From Candidatus Zambryskibacteria bacterium RIFCSPHIGHO2_01_FULL_43_25 (GTDB lineage Bacteria > Patescibacteriota > Minisyncoccia > Phycocordibacterales > Zambryskibacteraceae), in contig MHVD01000015.1 in assembly GCA_001823695.1 (NCBI GenBank), positions 2,445-66,444 on the forward strand: DNA of 64,000 bases, read 5' to 3'. Below the pieces are notes generated by a model. It had not been told where the DNA came from and did not search any database. It saw only the letters and a list, made by a program, of their open reading frames with translations. The position numbers and the translations under genes are program-made. Position 1 is the first letter of the stretch; each line of letters starts with the position of its first letter. Of this stretch, positions 1 through 10,321 are shown in pieces.

Positions 1-860
1 AAATCGTCCCAGCTCATCTCTTTTCGTCCTTCTGGCACAACACTGGTAATCAGCAGTTCGCCGTTCTCCAAACGAGCGTCTTTCACATTAACTCTTATTT
101 TTTTGCCTGACCCTTTGGGGTGTTCAGTGTAGAAGAAAGCCCCCGACCTCTCCGACAGAGCCATAATCTTGCGGATGTTATCAGCTGGATTATCTTTTAG
201 ATTAAGAAGTCCGTCTGCCGTGGTAAGTTTGCTGGTGAAAGTCGCCCTTGAATGATCTTGCGGCTGTGCTTGTATTTTCCCGGAAACCCAGTCGGGCAAA
301 ACACTGCTTAAAAGTTTGCCGCCTTCTTCGGCCAGAATCTCTTCAAGCTTGCTTAATTTTATCGGCCAGTCGTTAATATTGACCTTTTTTATTGCGACTG
401 TCGGTCCGTGGTCAAGCTCCTCGTCTATTTGCATTATCGTAACACCGGTTTCGTTTTCGGTAAGGATGGCCGATTGAATAGGGGACGGACCGCGAAGTTT
501 CGGCAGAAGAGAAGGGTGCACATTAAGGGTCTTTGCTTTTGGAATATCAAAAACATCTCTAGGAATCAGCTTTGCGTAAGCGGCTACGATGAAAACATCC
601 CAACCGCCTTTGGGCGTGTATTTTTTAAGCTCAATTTTGAAGGCATCATCCTTTAGGGTTTTCGGCTGAAGCACCGGAATTTGCCTGTTTTGCGCCCAAA
701 CTTTCGTGGCAGGAGGCGTGATTGTATGCTTTCGGCCCACCGGTTTGTCAGGCGCGGCAATCACAAGGTCGGGGGAAAAGCCGTTTTTCTCCAAAGTGGA
801 TAAGATATTTGCCGAGAACTGCGGTGTGCCGAAAAAGGCAAAGTGGATTTTTTTAGACAT
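1..860 (-). CDS. fmt: methionyl-tRNA formyltransferase (3' end outside window)
   Basis: Manual translation from ATG at 860 gives MSKKIHFAFFGTPQFS, followed by NVHPSLLPKLRGPSPIQ and ELDHGP motifs; overlaps the end of def. Confidence 0.9.
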   Translation of the reverse strand, partial: MSKKIHFAFFGTPQFSANILSTLEKNGFSPDLVIAAPDKPVGRKHTITPPATKVWAQNRQIPVLQPKTLKDDAFKIELKKYTPKGGWDVFIVAAYAKLIPRDVFDIPKAKTLNVHPSLLPKLRGPSPIQSAILTENETGVTIMQIDEELDHGPTVAIKKVNINDWPIKLSKLEEILAEEGGKLLSSVLPDWVSGKIQAQPQDHSRATFTSKLTTADGLLNLKDNPADNIRKIMALSERSGAFFYTEHPKGSGKKIRVNVKDARLENGELLITSVVPEGRKEMSWDD

Positions 861-1386
861 GTCTTTGGTGAAGTTTTTCCGGCGGGATGTCTTCTACCTC
901 TATAGCAGAATCGAGAAACAATATTCCCTCAAGGTGGTCAGTCTCGTGCTGGAAAATTTGCGCCATCAGCCCCGACGCGCCCTTTGTGAAAAAGTTGCCT
1001 TCCTCATCGTAGGCCCCAAGTACAACTTTCTTTGACCTTCGCACCTTGCCGTAAAGCCAGCGCGCCGAGAGGCAACCTTCTTCCATAAGCATTTTTTCGC
1101 GGGAACGCTTGGTGATCTTTGGATTTATAAAGACTGTATCCGGGTAGGGAACCTTTCCCTTCATTTCGCCTCTAATAATATTCATAACTCGGCCGGAGAT
1201 GACGAATATTCTCAAAAGCTCTCCAATCTGCGGGGCGGCAATAGCCACGCCGTCCTCTTGAGAGTCCAGCGCTTCTTTCATATCCGCGACAATTTTCCTG
1301 ATTTTTGTCCCCTTTATATCTTTGAGCGAAACCTCTTTTGATTTCTGGCGAAGAATCTTATCTTCCTTTTGGAATATCTCTACCAT
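853..1386 (-). CDS. def: peptide deformylase
   Basis: GVAIAAPQIG, EGCLS and QHETDHLEG motifs. Confidence 0.95.
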   Translation of the reverse strand: MVEIFQKEDKILRQKSKEVSLKDIKGTKIRKIVADMKEALDSQEDGVAIAAPQIGELLRIFVISGRVMNIIRGEMKGKVPYPDTVFINPKITKRSREKMLMEEGCLSARWLYGKVRRSKKVVLGAYDEEGNFFTKGASGLMAQIFQHETDHLEGILFLDSAIEVEDIPPEKLHQRHV

Positions 1387-1434
1387 ACCTCTAAATTATC
1401 ACAGCCGAGAATTAAGTTCAAAAATCCCGCATCT

Positions 1435-3324
1435 TTACAGCAAACTTTCCGGGTCCACCTTGACATTGAAATATGGCGGCAGAGCCTTGATTTTGTCCGA
1501 TAAGCCATGGTTTGGCCAGTCGTCAGGGGCAACCCTCAGAAGCATATTTTTGGAGAAATTGCCTTTCGGGCTCGGCAGAAGACTTTCAAAAATACGCGGT
1601 TCATATTCGGCAAATATCTTTTGCAGTTTTTCCATCTCTTTTTCTACGGCGAGTTTCCTGCCTTCCGCCGTGACTTTGATGAAAACTGAAAATGGGGGAT
1701 ACAGAAACTTTTTCCGTTCTTCTATTTCCTCCCGATAAAAATCAATCAAGTTGCCTCTCAATACAAAATCAAAAATCTTAGCATCCGCATTTCTAGTCTG
1801 TATCAAAAATTTCTTCTGTGAAAGTGAGCGCATTTTGACTAAAAGATAGAGAACTCTTTCATTTATTCTGAAGTCGGGAACGGAAAGCAGTGAGTCAATG
1901 GAAGCTACGGCACAAGCGCCCAATTTGCTGGACAGGAAATTCAGAGCCATCTCCGTGCCGATTAGGACGCTTCCCGGAGTTTCTTCAAAGCGCGAAATAA
2001 GTTCAACTGCTTTCTTTGGAGTGCTCACTCTTTCCTTATCCATCGAAAATGTCGGAATTTTTGGAAAAAGCTTCTTCAGCTCTTGTTCAACAAGCTCAAT
2101 GCCGATGCCCAGAGTCGTCAGTTTCCAGCTCTTGCAATTGACGCATCGCTCGGCGGCCCCGCGCCTCTCCCCGCAGCGGTTGCATTGGAAGAAATTTTCC
2201 TTGTCTCCCTTGCCGCTATAGAGCACGACCGGAGAGCTGCACCTATTGCACAAAACAACCTTGCCGCAATCTCCGCAGACGGTTGTCGGCGATAGGCCCT
2301 TTCTGGCGGAGAAGATAAACAAATGACTGTTGGTTTCTCTCGTTTCTCCAATGAGTGTTTCAAGTTCCGGACTTATGACTCTGAAATCCGAGCTGAATTT
2401 TCCCCGTTCGGTTTTCATGTCAATAATCATTCCTCTGGCCGGCGACAAGGGGCGGAACTTAAGCGGAGAAAACTCCACAAACTCCTCCTTGTCTTTTCTC
2501 CAGATTGTTTCTGCGGAGAGCATTATGTCGCCGGCAATGAAACGGGCGCCGGACAGTCTTGCAAACTTTTCGACGAATCTCCGCAGGTCAATGAAAGGTC
2601 TTGACTGCGTTCTAAAGTTGCGGGAATTTTCCCTGTCTAGAACGATTACTCGGACGTCACTTCGGCAGAGACAGAGGAATGAGGCAGTGGCGATTATAAG
2701 CAAGGGGTGGTCTTCATTCTCCAAAAGCGAGATTGATTCGCGGAACTCTCTCTTGCCCAATTCGCTGTGAAAAACCGCCGTGTATTTTTCTATACCCTTT
2801 GTAAGCAGGTCTCTCGTTCTTCTGATATCCTCAATTGTCGGTGCGCAGAAAAACACAGACGACCTTCGGGCAAACTCTTCTCTGATTAGACTTCTGTAGT
2901 TGGCGAACCGTTCTTCATCATCGGCTTGAATGAGCAGTTTCTCGTGACTGTTTGATCTCGGCGAAAATTGCCCTGTTCTGATTTTTGCCGCATTGTCTCG
3001 GATTATCTTCGGCAGAAGGGTATTTAGGGTCGCGCCGAGCGGGGTGGCAAACCACTCGGAAGTTTCCTGCGCCGCGAACATAAAAGTTTGTGACAAGAAG
3101 TTTTCAGTTTTTACTCCCCCGATTTTCTTTAAAGAGAAATCGGATTTTCGGATTTTGGTGCGGGCTGCCACCACCCCTTCGCTTTCAATGACTAGGGCGA
3201 GAGAGCTTTTTCTTCTTAAGGGCACTGAAACTAAAGCGCCCGCCGGTATGGAATCGGGTCCAAAATAGGTAAGAATTTCCTTTGAGACGCCTCTAGTTAT
3301 GGGTATAACCTTATAAATCTTCAT
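1435..3324 (-). CDS. priA: primosomal protein N'-like protein with degenerate helicase motifs
   Basis: N-terminal LTY..GALVSVPL, four CxxC pairs, PDFR and YPPF C-terminal motifs; Walker A and DExH motifs not recognisable. Confidence 0.8.
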   Translation of the reverse strand: MKIYKVIPITRGVSKEILTYFGPDSIPAGALVSVPLRRKSSLALVIESEGVVAARTKIRKSDFSLKKIGGVKTENFLSQTFMFAAQETSEWFATPLGATLNTLLPKIIRDNAAKIRTGQFSPRSNSHEKLLIQADDEERFANYRSLIREEFARRSSVFFCAPTIEDIRRTRDLLTKGIEKYTAVFHSELGKREFRESISLLENEDHPLLIIATASFLCLCRSDVRVIVLDRENSRNFRTQSRPFIDLRRFVEKFARLSGARFIAGDIMLSAETIWRKDKEEFVEFSPLKFRPLSPARGMIIDMKTERGKFSSDFRVISPELETLIGETRETNSHLFIFSARKGLSPTTVCGDCGKVVLCNRCSSPVVLYSGKGDKENFFQCNRCGERRGAAERCVNCKSWKLTTLGIGIELVEQELKKLFPKIPTFSMDKERVSTPKKAVELISRFEETPGSVLIGTEMALNFLSSKLGACAVASIDSLLSVPDFRINERVLYLLVKMRSLSQKKFLIQTRNADAKIFDFVLRGNLIDFYREEIEERKKFLYPPFSVFIKVTAEGRKLAVEKEMEKLQKIFAEYEPRIFESLLPSPKGNFSKNMLLRVAPDDWPNHGLSDKIKALPPYFNVKVDPESLL

Positions 3325-3397
3325 CAATCAAATACTAACCTCTGGCGGCCTTTTTGCACAAATTATTGCGGGAACGGAAAGTTTGTCGAAATAGAAG

Positions 3398-4174
3398 CTA
3401 CAAGTTGGCCTTTAATAAGGAGCCATTTTGGAGGATGAAGAAAGTTGCCCCATCTTCGGTGTAAAATCTGGTCTCCCCGTTTGTTCTTAAAATCGGTTGG
3501 AAATTTTGCGTACCGGCTCTGTTTATCTCTATGGCATAAACTCCTTCGCTATTTGCAAAAACCAAAACGTCTTCACGGTTCTTAAAGAAGGATAATGAGT
3601 AAATATTTGAAGCGGAGTCCAAAACCACAATACGTGAATCGCACTCGCCGCTGTCACAGAAGTAATATGGGGTTTCTGTCTTCTCTCCCGCCCATTCCGC
3701 AAAGATTGTATTCTTATCAACCCAAACTTTGAAATTGCTGTCACTCGATACAAGCGCGTTGCCCTCCCCAGCTAAGATGCCATTGTTTATCTGCGATAAA
3801 ATTTCTGAATAGTTCTCATCGTCGGACAATACTTCCTCCTGCTTCACAATCTTAGGCAGACTCCAGCTTGAGAGAGTTACGGCCGCGCTATTTTTTATGT
3901 CAATATTTTTTACCCAAGGCCAAAAACCGTCTTTTGCCACAATGAGAGAATAATTCTTTGACCTGAGATTTCTTGCTGTAAAAGTCTGGCTGTCAACCGA
4001 GGTGGTGGTTTTCTCCTTATTTTCAAAAAAGACTCTTGAGCCGGCTTCGGATATGTGAAGCTCTATAGAACCCTTGCCGCCTGATCCAGTTTTTAGCACA
4101 ACCAAAACAGCGGCTATTATCAAAACCGCGACAAGACCTCCAACCGCCCAAGCAGGTCTATTTTCTCTAGTCAT
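3398..4174 (-). CDS. membrane-anchored protein, possibly with a PEGA-like domain
   Basis: N-terminal TM helix, then YSLIVAKDGFWPW resembling PEGA. Confidence 0.55.
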   Translation of the reverse strand: MTRENRPAWAVGGLVAVLIIAAVLVVLKTGSGGKGSIELHISEAGSRVFFENKEKTTTSVDSQTFTARNLRSKNYSLIVAKDGFWPWVKNIDIKNSAAVTLSSWSLPKIVKQEEVLSDDENYSEILSQINNGILAGEGNALVSSDSNFKVWVDKNTIFAEWAGEKTETPYYFCDSGECDSRIVVLDSASNIYSLSFFKNREDVLVFANSEGVYAIEINRAGTQNFQPILRTNGETRFYTEDGATFFILQNGSLLKANL

Positions 4175-4274
4175 ACGCTCACTAATATTACTTGAATCTG
4201 ATAAAAAAACAAATTTGGGGTCTTCTTGTTTTTTGACGCCAAAATATATAAGCTAGAGCTACTTTACATTGTTT

Positions 4275-5288
4275 ATGGCTCTATTTTCAAAAAAACTCGG
4301 CATTGACTTGGGCACAACCAGTGTTTTGGTCTTTTTGCCGGGCAAGGGGATAGTCCTCAATGAGCCGTCGGTTGTAGCCGTCTCCGAAGAGGATAATAGG
4401 ATTCTAGCCATAGGGTCTGAGGCCAAAGATATGATAGGCAAGACGCCGGAAAACATTATGGCCTACCGACCGATGAAAGACGGAGTTATCGCGGATTACA
4501 AGACTACCGAAGCGATGCTTCGCTATTACATAGGAAAATCTCTTGGCAAATGGAACATCATCAGGCCGGATGTGCTCATTTCCGTTCCCGCGGGAGTTAC
4601 TTCTACTGAACGCAGGGCTGTAATAGAGGCGGCTGTGAAGGCCGGCGCCAGAAACGCCTATGTCGTCAAAGAGCCGATACTTGCGGCAATCGGCGCCGGT
4701 ATTCCGATCCATGAACCGGTGGGATATATGATCGTGGATATCGGCGGGGGCACGACAGATGTCGCGGTTATATCACTCGGCGGTATTGTCGCTTCCACTT
4801 CGGTCAAGTGCGCCGGCAACAGAATTGACGCAGCCATAGCCGATTATATAAAGAAGACTTTTAACTTAGCCATAGGTGATAAAACCGCGGAAGATATAAA
4901 AATTCAGATCGGTTCAGCAATTCCGATGGACGAGGAGCTCTCCATGGCTATCAAAGGCAGAGATTATGTTTTGGGCTTGCCTCGGTCGGTTGAAATCAAG
5001 ACAAACGAGATTGTTAAAGCTATCGGCAGGGAATTGCGGGAAATGATAAAGGCCATAAAGGATGTGTTGCAAGAGACTCCTCCGGAACTGTCCTCGGATA
5101 TAATTGATCGCGGGATTATAATGACCGGCGGTTCGTCGCAGTTGCGCAATATGCCGGAGCTGGTTTTCAGAAGAACTGGCGTAAAGGCGACTTTGGCCAA
5201 AGACCCGATATATTGTGTTGTTCGAGGCACGGGTATCGCATTGGACCATCTTGATACTTACAAAAAAAGCATTATTGCCAAGAGGTAA
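4275..5288 (+). CDS. mreB: rod shape-determining protein MreB/Mbl (paralog 1, stand-alone)
   Basis: GIDLGT, NEPSVVA, DIGGGTTDVA and TGG motifs. Confidence 0.93.
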   Translation: MALFSKKLGIDLGTTSVLVFLPGKGIVLNEPSVVAVSEEDNRILAIGSEAKDMIGKTPENIMAYRPMKDGVIADYKTTEAMLRYYIGKSLGKWNIIRPDVLISVPAGVTSTERRAVIEAAVKAGARNAYVVKEPILAAIGAGIPIHEPVGYMIVDIGGGTTDVAVISLGGIVASTSVKCAGNRIDAAIADYIKKTFNLAIGDKTAEDIKIQIGSAIPMDEELSMAIKGRDYVLGLPRSVEIKTNEIVKAIGRELREMIKAIKDVLQETPPELSSDIIDRGIIMTGGSSQLRNMPELVFRRTGVKATLAKDPIYCVVRGTGIALDHLDTYKKSIIAKR

Positions 5289-5350
5289 CCCCCGGGGGCA
5301 GGGTTCAAACAGATAGCCCCCAATGCGCCCCACACGGGCGGACAAATAGA

Positions 5351-6013
5351 ATGGAGAGCATAAAAAAAGCCCTAAGAGAAAATTCCCTGCACCATGCCTA
5401 TATGATTTCGGGTAAGAGCGAGCATATCGTACCTTTGATTTTCTCCTGTCTTGAAGAGTCGGGTTTCAAAATTTCCGGCAATCCTGACATCTGGCATGTT
5501 GATTTTGACAACTTTGGGATAGAGGAAAGCCGGATTCTCAAAGAATTGAGTGTCAGAAAGTCCATAGGGGATAAAAAGTTTTTAATACTTTCAATATCGT
5601 CAATCTCTTCCGAAGCGCAGAACGCGCTTCTCAAACTCTTTGAAGATCCGACTCCGGGAACGCACTTTTTTGTCGTGGCTTCCAGCCCGAGTATTTTTAT
5701 CCCGACCTTATTGTCAAGATTTTTTGTTGTAGAAATTGCCGTTCCAGAGGGCGAGGAGGGCGAGACTGGCCTGAACCCCAAAAAATTTTTGAAAGCAAAC
5801 GTACCGGAGAGACTTGAAATGATAGAGAGTATAATTACCGACAAAGATAAAGAGAGCGCAATTAATTTCCTCAATTCTCTGGAAGGAGAGCTTTCCTCGG
5901 ACATTGCCAGCAACATGTTTCAAATAGAGGAGATACTCTCCGCCAAAAGAGAGCTAAAAAGCCGCGCGCCTTCCGTGAAAATGCTTCTTGAACACGTGGC
6001 TTGCGTCATGTAG
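5351..6013 (+). CDS. holB: DNA polymerase III delta'-like protein (short form)
   Basis: HHAY, EAQNALLKLFEDP and PTLLSR motifs. Confidence 0.75.
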   Translation: MESIKKALRENSLHHAYMISGKSEHIVPLIFSCLEESGFKISGNPDIWHVDFDNFGIEESRILKELSVRKSIGDKKFLILSISSISSEAQNALLKLFEDPTPGTHFFVVASSPSIFIPTLLSRFFVVEIAVPEGEEGETGLNPKKFLKANVPERLEMIESIITDKDKESAINFLNSLEGELSSDIASNMFQIEEILSAKRELKSRAPSVKMLLEHVACVM

Positions 6014-6118
6014 CTTTTGATGTGCAACTTGTAACGTGCAAGTTTTTACTTTTTTTAATCAATGCTACAATAACCTCTGTAAGTTACAGGTTACAAGTTA
6101 TATGTTATAAGATTAAAA

Positions 6119-6610
6119 ATGGTTCTAGCCACACACGCATTTGCAGGAGGAATATTAGCGGCCGCTATAACGGCGAATCCGGCCGTCGCCTTTGGAATCG
6201 GAGTCATAAGTCATTTTTTGCTTGATGCTATTCCTCATTGGGACTATTTTGACAAGCTGAAGTCTGCGCGGGTCAATAATGATAATTATCTGGATAATGA
6301 CATGGTCGTTGGCAAGTATTTTTTGCACGACCTGTCAATTATTGCGCTAGATTGTCTTATCGGAGTTGTCGCTCTCGCTGTGATTATCCTGTTCAGAACC
6401 CATCTTTTCTGGCCCGCACTGCTCGGAATGATAGGCGGAATTTTGCCGGATTTATTCCATTTTCTATACTACAAAATTCGCCGTGAGCCATTCACCTCAA
6501 TAGAGAAATTTCATCATTTTATTCATGCCAAGGACAGAGGTGTCGCGAGCATCCCCGGCATTGCTTTTCAATTTGCGATTTTGGTCGTCATTGCTCTGGC
6601 GGTTATGTAA
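6119..6610 (+). CDS. membrane protein, possibly a metal-dependent hydrolase
   Basis: Hydrophobic helices with TH, SHFLLDAIPH and LPD motifs. Confidence 0.55.
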   Translation: MVLATHAFAGGILAAAITANPAVAFGIGVISHFLLDAIPHWDYFDKLKSARVNNDNYLDNDMVVGKYFLHDLSIIALDCLIGVVALAVIILFRTHLFWPALLGMIGGILPDLFHFLYYKIRREPFTSIEKFHHFIHAKDRGVASIPGIAFQFAILVVIALAVM

Positions 6611-6640
6611 TTGATAATCTTTCCTTGTCTGATAGAATAT

Positions 6641-6770
6641 CCCGTAGTAGAAAATGACATAGTGAATAATCACAGGAAAATAGACAAAACAATGGACAAA
6701 AAGTCGATATTACCAAAAGCATCAATAAGACAACCTACTCCAAAAGAGTAATGTCATTTTTCACTACGGG
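6641..6770. mobile_element. 130 bp inverted-repeat-bounded element abutting the frr start codon (subfamily B)
   Basis: CCCGTAGTAGAAAATGACAT ... ATGTCATTTTTCACTACGGG followed immediately by ATG; same length and ends as 41637-41766. Confidence 0.65.
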
Positions 6771-7325
6771 ATGACGTATAATTTTTCTCCATTAAAACAG
6801 AAAATCTCCGAGACCGAAGAATGGCTCCGGAAGGAATTTTCAACAATCAGAACCGGCCGAGCAACACCGGTTATTCTGGATGCGGTCAGAGTTGACTCTT
6901 ACGGTTCCAAAATGCCTATAAACCAGATTGGCAGTATCAGCGTGGAAGATCCGAAAACTCTGCGAATTGTCCCTTGGGATATGACGCAGATAAAACCGAT
7001 TGAAAAAGCTGTCGTTGAAGCCAACCTTGGACTCTCCGTGAATGTTGACGACAAGGGCTTGAGGGTGATTTTCCCCGAGCTGACAAGCGAACGCAGACAA
7101 TCTTTGGTAAAGGTTACAAAGCAAAAACTGGAAGAAGCTCGCATCGCCCTGCGGATAGAGAGGGAGAGGGTATGGGACGAAATACAAAATCAAGAAAAGA
7201 AAGGCGATATGGGCGAAGACGACAAGTTCCGTCTCAAGAATGATATGCAAAAAATAATTGACGAGGCGAATAAAAGACTTGAAGATTTCGGCGACAAGAA
7301 GGAGAAGGATATTTTAGAATCATAA
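6771..7325 (+). CDS. frr: ribosome recycling factor
   Basis: IRTGRA, V.SYG and PELTSERR motifs. Confidence 0.96.
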   Translation: MTYNFSPLKQKISETEEWLRKEFSTIRTGRATPVILDAVRVDSYGSKMPINQIGSISVEDPKTLRIVPWDMTQIKPIEKAVVEANLGLSVNVDDKGLRVIFPELTSERRQSLVKVTKQKLEEARIALRIERERVWDEIQNQEKKGDMGEDDKFRLKNDMQKIIDEANKRLEDFGDKKEKDILES

Positions 7326-7361
7326 CGATTTGCCGACTGGCAAAGAGTATATGATTCTTAA

Positions 7362-7458
7362 ACCCAGCACTTACTGATAAGCAAATGATAATAGACAAAG
7401 CGGTAAATTTACAAGAAAAAAACATTGATTTTAAGGACTTTACCGATAAGTGCTGGGT
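7362..7458. repeat. ~100 bp element with ACCCAGCACTTA...TAAGTGCTGGGT ends
   Basis: Same inverted ends as 21883-21979 but an unrelated interior. Confidence 0.6.
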
Positions 7459-7497
7459 GGTGATTTTTATAGTCACTCTGTTCTTTAACAATCTGCC

Positions 7498-8589
7498 ATG
7501 AGCATAATCCTTTTCATAATTTTACTTGCTGTCCTCATCTTGGTTCATGAACTAGGGCATTTTTTGGCTGCAAAGTGGGGCGGGGTCCGTGTTGATGAAT
7601 TCGGCATTGGCTTTCCTCCGCGAATTTGGGGGAGGAAAAAAGGCGAGACAACCTATTCTGTTAATGCCATACCTTTCGGCGGTTTTGTAAAAATATTTGG
7701 AGAAAATCCGGATGAAGAATCAATTTCCGGAGAGGGAAGTAGCCGAAGCATAGTAAATCGGCCGAAATATATTCAGGCGATAATTCTTGCCGCCGGAGTT
7801 TTATTCAATGTCATATTTGCCTGGATTTTGATTTCAATCGGGTTTATGAGCGGACTCCCGACGCCAGTCTCTTACGGTGGGAGTGTGCCTGTTGAGAATC
7901 CAAGGTTAGTTATTGTGGCTATCGCGCCAAATTCTCCAGCGGAAAAAGCACTCCTTCGTCCGGGAGACTCAATTACTGAAGTCAGAACTAAGAAGTTTCT
8001 CTTAAACGAGCTTAGCCCCGAAGGCGTCTCGGTTTTTATTGAGGCTCACAGTGATGAAACGATAGAGATGGCTTACAGCAGGGGCAACTTCTCTGATGAA
8101 GTCGCAATGATTCCGGAAGATGGCATAGTCGCTGGAAAAAAGGCAATAGGCATATCTATGGATATGATTGGCACTTTAAGTTTGCCTCTTCACTTGGCTC
8201 TCTGGGAAGGCGGCAAGACAACAGTCGGCCTGATCTCTGCGATTACCGTTGGGCTTGCTGATTTTATCGGCCAGAGTCTAAGTGGGAAGGGGAGTCTGGA
8301 TCAGATTACCGGCCCCGTGGGGATTGTCGGTCTTGTCGGAAATGTGACGGAGCTCGGATTTATTTATCTTTTGTCTCTGGCGGCTTTCATATCTATCAAT
8401 CTTGCTGTTGTCAATCTACTTCCTTTCCCGGCTCTTGACGGCGGACGCTTGATTTTTCTGGTGATTGAGACGGTCAAAGGAAGCCGTATAAATTCCAAAA
8501 TCGCCAATGGCCTGAACGCTGTCGGTTTCGTGCTCTTGATTATATTCATGATCGTAGTGACGGTGAATGATATTTTGAAAATTTTGTAG
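7498..8589 (+). CDS. rseP: RIP metalloprotease RseP (M50 family, PDZ domain)
   Basis: HELGH, NLLPFPALDGG and a PDZ-like segment. Confidence 0.93.
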   Translation: MSIILFIILLAVLILVHELGHFLAAKWGGVRVDEFGIGFPPRIWGRKKGETTYSVNAIPFGGFVKIFGENPDEESISGEGSSRSIVNRPKYIQAIILAAGVLFNVIFAWILISIGFMSGLPTPVSYGGSVPVENPRLVIVAIAPNSPAEKALLRPGDSITEVRTKKFLLNELSPEGVSVFIEAHSDETIEMAYSRGNFSDEVAMIPEDGIVAGKKAIGISMDMIGTLSLPLHLALWEGGKTTVGLISAITVGLADFIGQSLSGKGSLDQITGPVGIVGLVGNVTELGFIYLLSLAAFISINLAVVNLLPFPALDGGRLIFLVIETVKGSRINSKIANGLNAVGFVLLIIFMIVVTVNDILKIL

Positions 8590-8606
8590 TTTGTTTTGCG
8601 GACTAT

Positions 8607-8708
8607 TTATACCAATGAGGAAAATGGGAAGATTATGAAAATTGGAAAAAATAAGGAAATTTCGGAACTTTCCTATACTAGTATTTTGCAAAACACTAGT
8701 ATAGGAAA
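8607..8708. repeat. ~100 bp dispersed repeat containing a type A palindrome
   Basis: Near-identical reverse complement of 58828-58924; includes CTATACTAGTATTTTGCAAAACACTAGTATAG. Confidence 0.85.
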
Positions 8709-8836
8709 TACAAAAGGAGCCCCGCACCCGTGACCGCTCCAATGAATCCGCCGAGACCCACGACGAGACCCCAGCCGAAACCTCCTTTCGTCTCTTGGTT
8801 TTTCTTCTTGAGCCACTGCCAGACATATCTGAACAT
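8696..8836 (-). CDS. 46 aa small membrane protein (Gly-rich TM), probably truncated at the palindrome
   Basis: Manual translation MFRYVWQWLKKKNQETKGGFGWGLVVGLGGFIGAVTGAGLLLYFLY*; AAGGA RBS and TTGACT/TATAAT promoter upstream. Confidence 0.55.
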   Translation of the reverse strand: MFRYVWQWLKKKNQETKGGFGWGLVVGLGGFIGAVTGAGLLLYFLY

Positions 8837-8923
8837 AGCATCCGTCCTTGTTGAAGTTAATAAACTGTTTTCCGATGGTATTATAACAATATGTTGTTAA
8901 TAAGTCAAGAACATCACCCATAG

Positions 8924-8956
8924 CACCCACTTGGCGGTTTAACCGCCAAGTGGGTG
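8924..8956. repeat. 33 bp GC-rich palindrome (REP-like)
   Basis: CACCCACTTGGCGGTT-T-AACCGCCAAGTGGGTG. Confidence 0.75.
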
Positions 8957-9070
8957 TGTTTATTGCGGTATAAAAGGAACAACTTGTGCGAATTGTCCGG
9001 CGGGGAGGCGATATGCTGATTTACAGCCCGACAAATTGCTTAGAGGGTTTTTTTCTTGTAGTATCTTCTT

Positions 9071-10321
9071 ATGCTGCAATCAAAACTTTTCTCAAAAACC
9101 CGCCGAGAATCGCCCAAAGACGATGTCTCAAAGAACGCTTCAATTCTTATCCGCGCCGGCTTTATAAACAAAGAAATGGCGGGGGTTTACTCATTCCTGC
9201 CTTTAGGACTTCGCACCCTTAACAAGATAATTCAAATAATCCGCGAAGAGATGGACGCGCTCGGCGGACAAGAACTTCTTATGTCCGCGCTTCAGGAGAA
9301 AGAAACGTGGGAAGCAAGCGATCGCTGGGACGACGATGTTGTGGATGTTTGGTTCAAAACGAAATTAAAAAACAATACAGAAATCGGTCTAGCGACAACT
9401 CACGAAGAACCACTGACGAAACTTCTAACCGAACACATTCACTCCTACAGAGACTTGCCGACGCTTGTTTATCAATTCCAAACCAAATTCAGAAATGAAC
9501 TCCGCGCCAAGGGAGGTCTCTTGCGAACGCGCGAATTTATAATGAAAGATCTCTATAGTTTCTGCAGAGACAAAGAAGAGCATGGGAAAGTGTACGAATC
9601 TTTGAAGAAGGCCTATGTGAAGATATTTGAAAGAGTCGGTCTCGGAGACATCACTTATCTGACCTTTGCTTCTGGGGGCAGTTTTAGTCCTTATTCGCAC
9701 GAATTTCAGACTGTCACGCTTGCCGGAGAAGACAATATTTATGTAGACGAAGGCAAAAGAATCGCCGTCAACGCAGAAGTGCTCAAAGATGAAGTTCTGT
9801 CCGATCTTGGTTTAAAAAAGGAGGATTTAATCCCCAAAAAGGCAATAGAAGTCGGCAACATTTTCACGCTTGGCACCAGATTTTCGGAAGCCTTAGGTCT
9901 CGTGTATGCTGACGAGGCCGGAGTGAAAAAACCCGTATTTATGGGCAGTTACGGCATTGGTCCGGCGCGCCTTATGGGCACAATAATTGAGGCGCTTGGC
10001 TCCGACAATGAAATGATCTGGCCGGAGAACGTTGCTCCATTTAGAGTTCATTTGATAAATCTTGGCAATGACAAAAACGCCAAAGAGCAGACGTTGAAAA
10101 TTTACAAAACCCTGACTGATAAAGGCGTAGAAGTTCTCTGCGATGACAGAGACGGAGCGACTGCCGGAGAAAAATTTGGAGATGCCGACCTTATCGGCAT
10201 ACCGTTGAGGGTGGTTGTAAGCGAGAAGTCTATATCTTCCGGGGGGGTGGAATTTGTTGATAGACGGGACGGCAAGGTCTCCATAATATCGGCCAAAGAA
10301 GCTGTAGAAAAATTGAAATAA
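9071..10321 (+). CDS. proS: prolyl-tRNA synthetase (short form, no editing domain)
   Basis: THEE, FRNELR..GLLRTREFIMKDLYSF, EVGNIF and MGSYGIG motifs. Confidence 0.95.
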   Translation: MLQSKLFSKTRRESPKDDVSKNASILIRAGFINKEMAGVYSFLPLGLRTLNKIIQIIREEMDALGGQELLMSALQEKETWEASDRWDDDVVDVWFKTKLKNNTEIGLATTHEEPLTKLLTEHIHSYRDLPTLVYQFQTKFRNELRAKGGLLRTREFIMKDLYSFCRDKEEHGKVYESLKKAYVKIFERVGLGDITYLTFASGGSFSPYSHEFQTVTLAGEDNIYVDEGKRIAVNAEVLKDEVLSDLGLKKEDLIPKKAIEVGNIFTLGTRFSEALGLVYADEAGVKKPVFMGSYGIGPARLMGTIIEALGSDNEMIWPENVAPFRVHLINLGNDKNAKEQTLKIYKTLTDKGVEVLCDDRDGATAGEKFGDADLIGIPLRVVVSEKSISSGGVEFVDRRDGKVSIISAKEAVEKLK

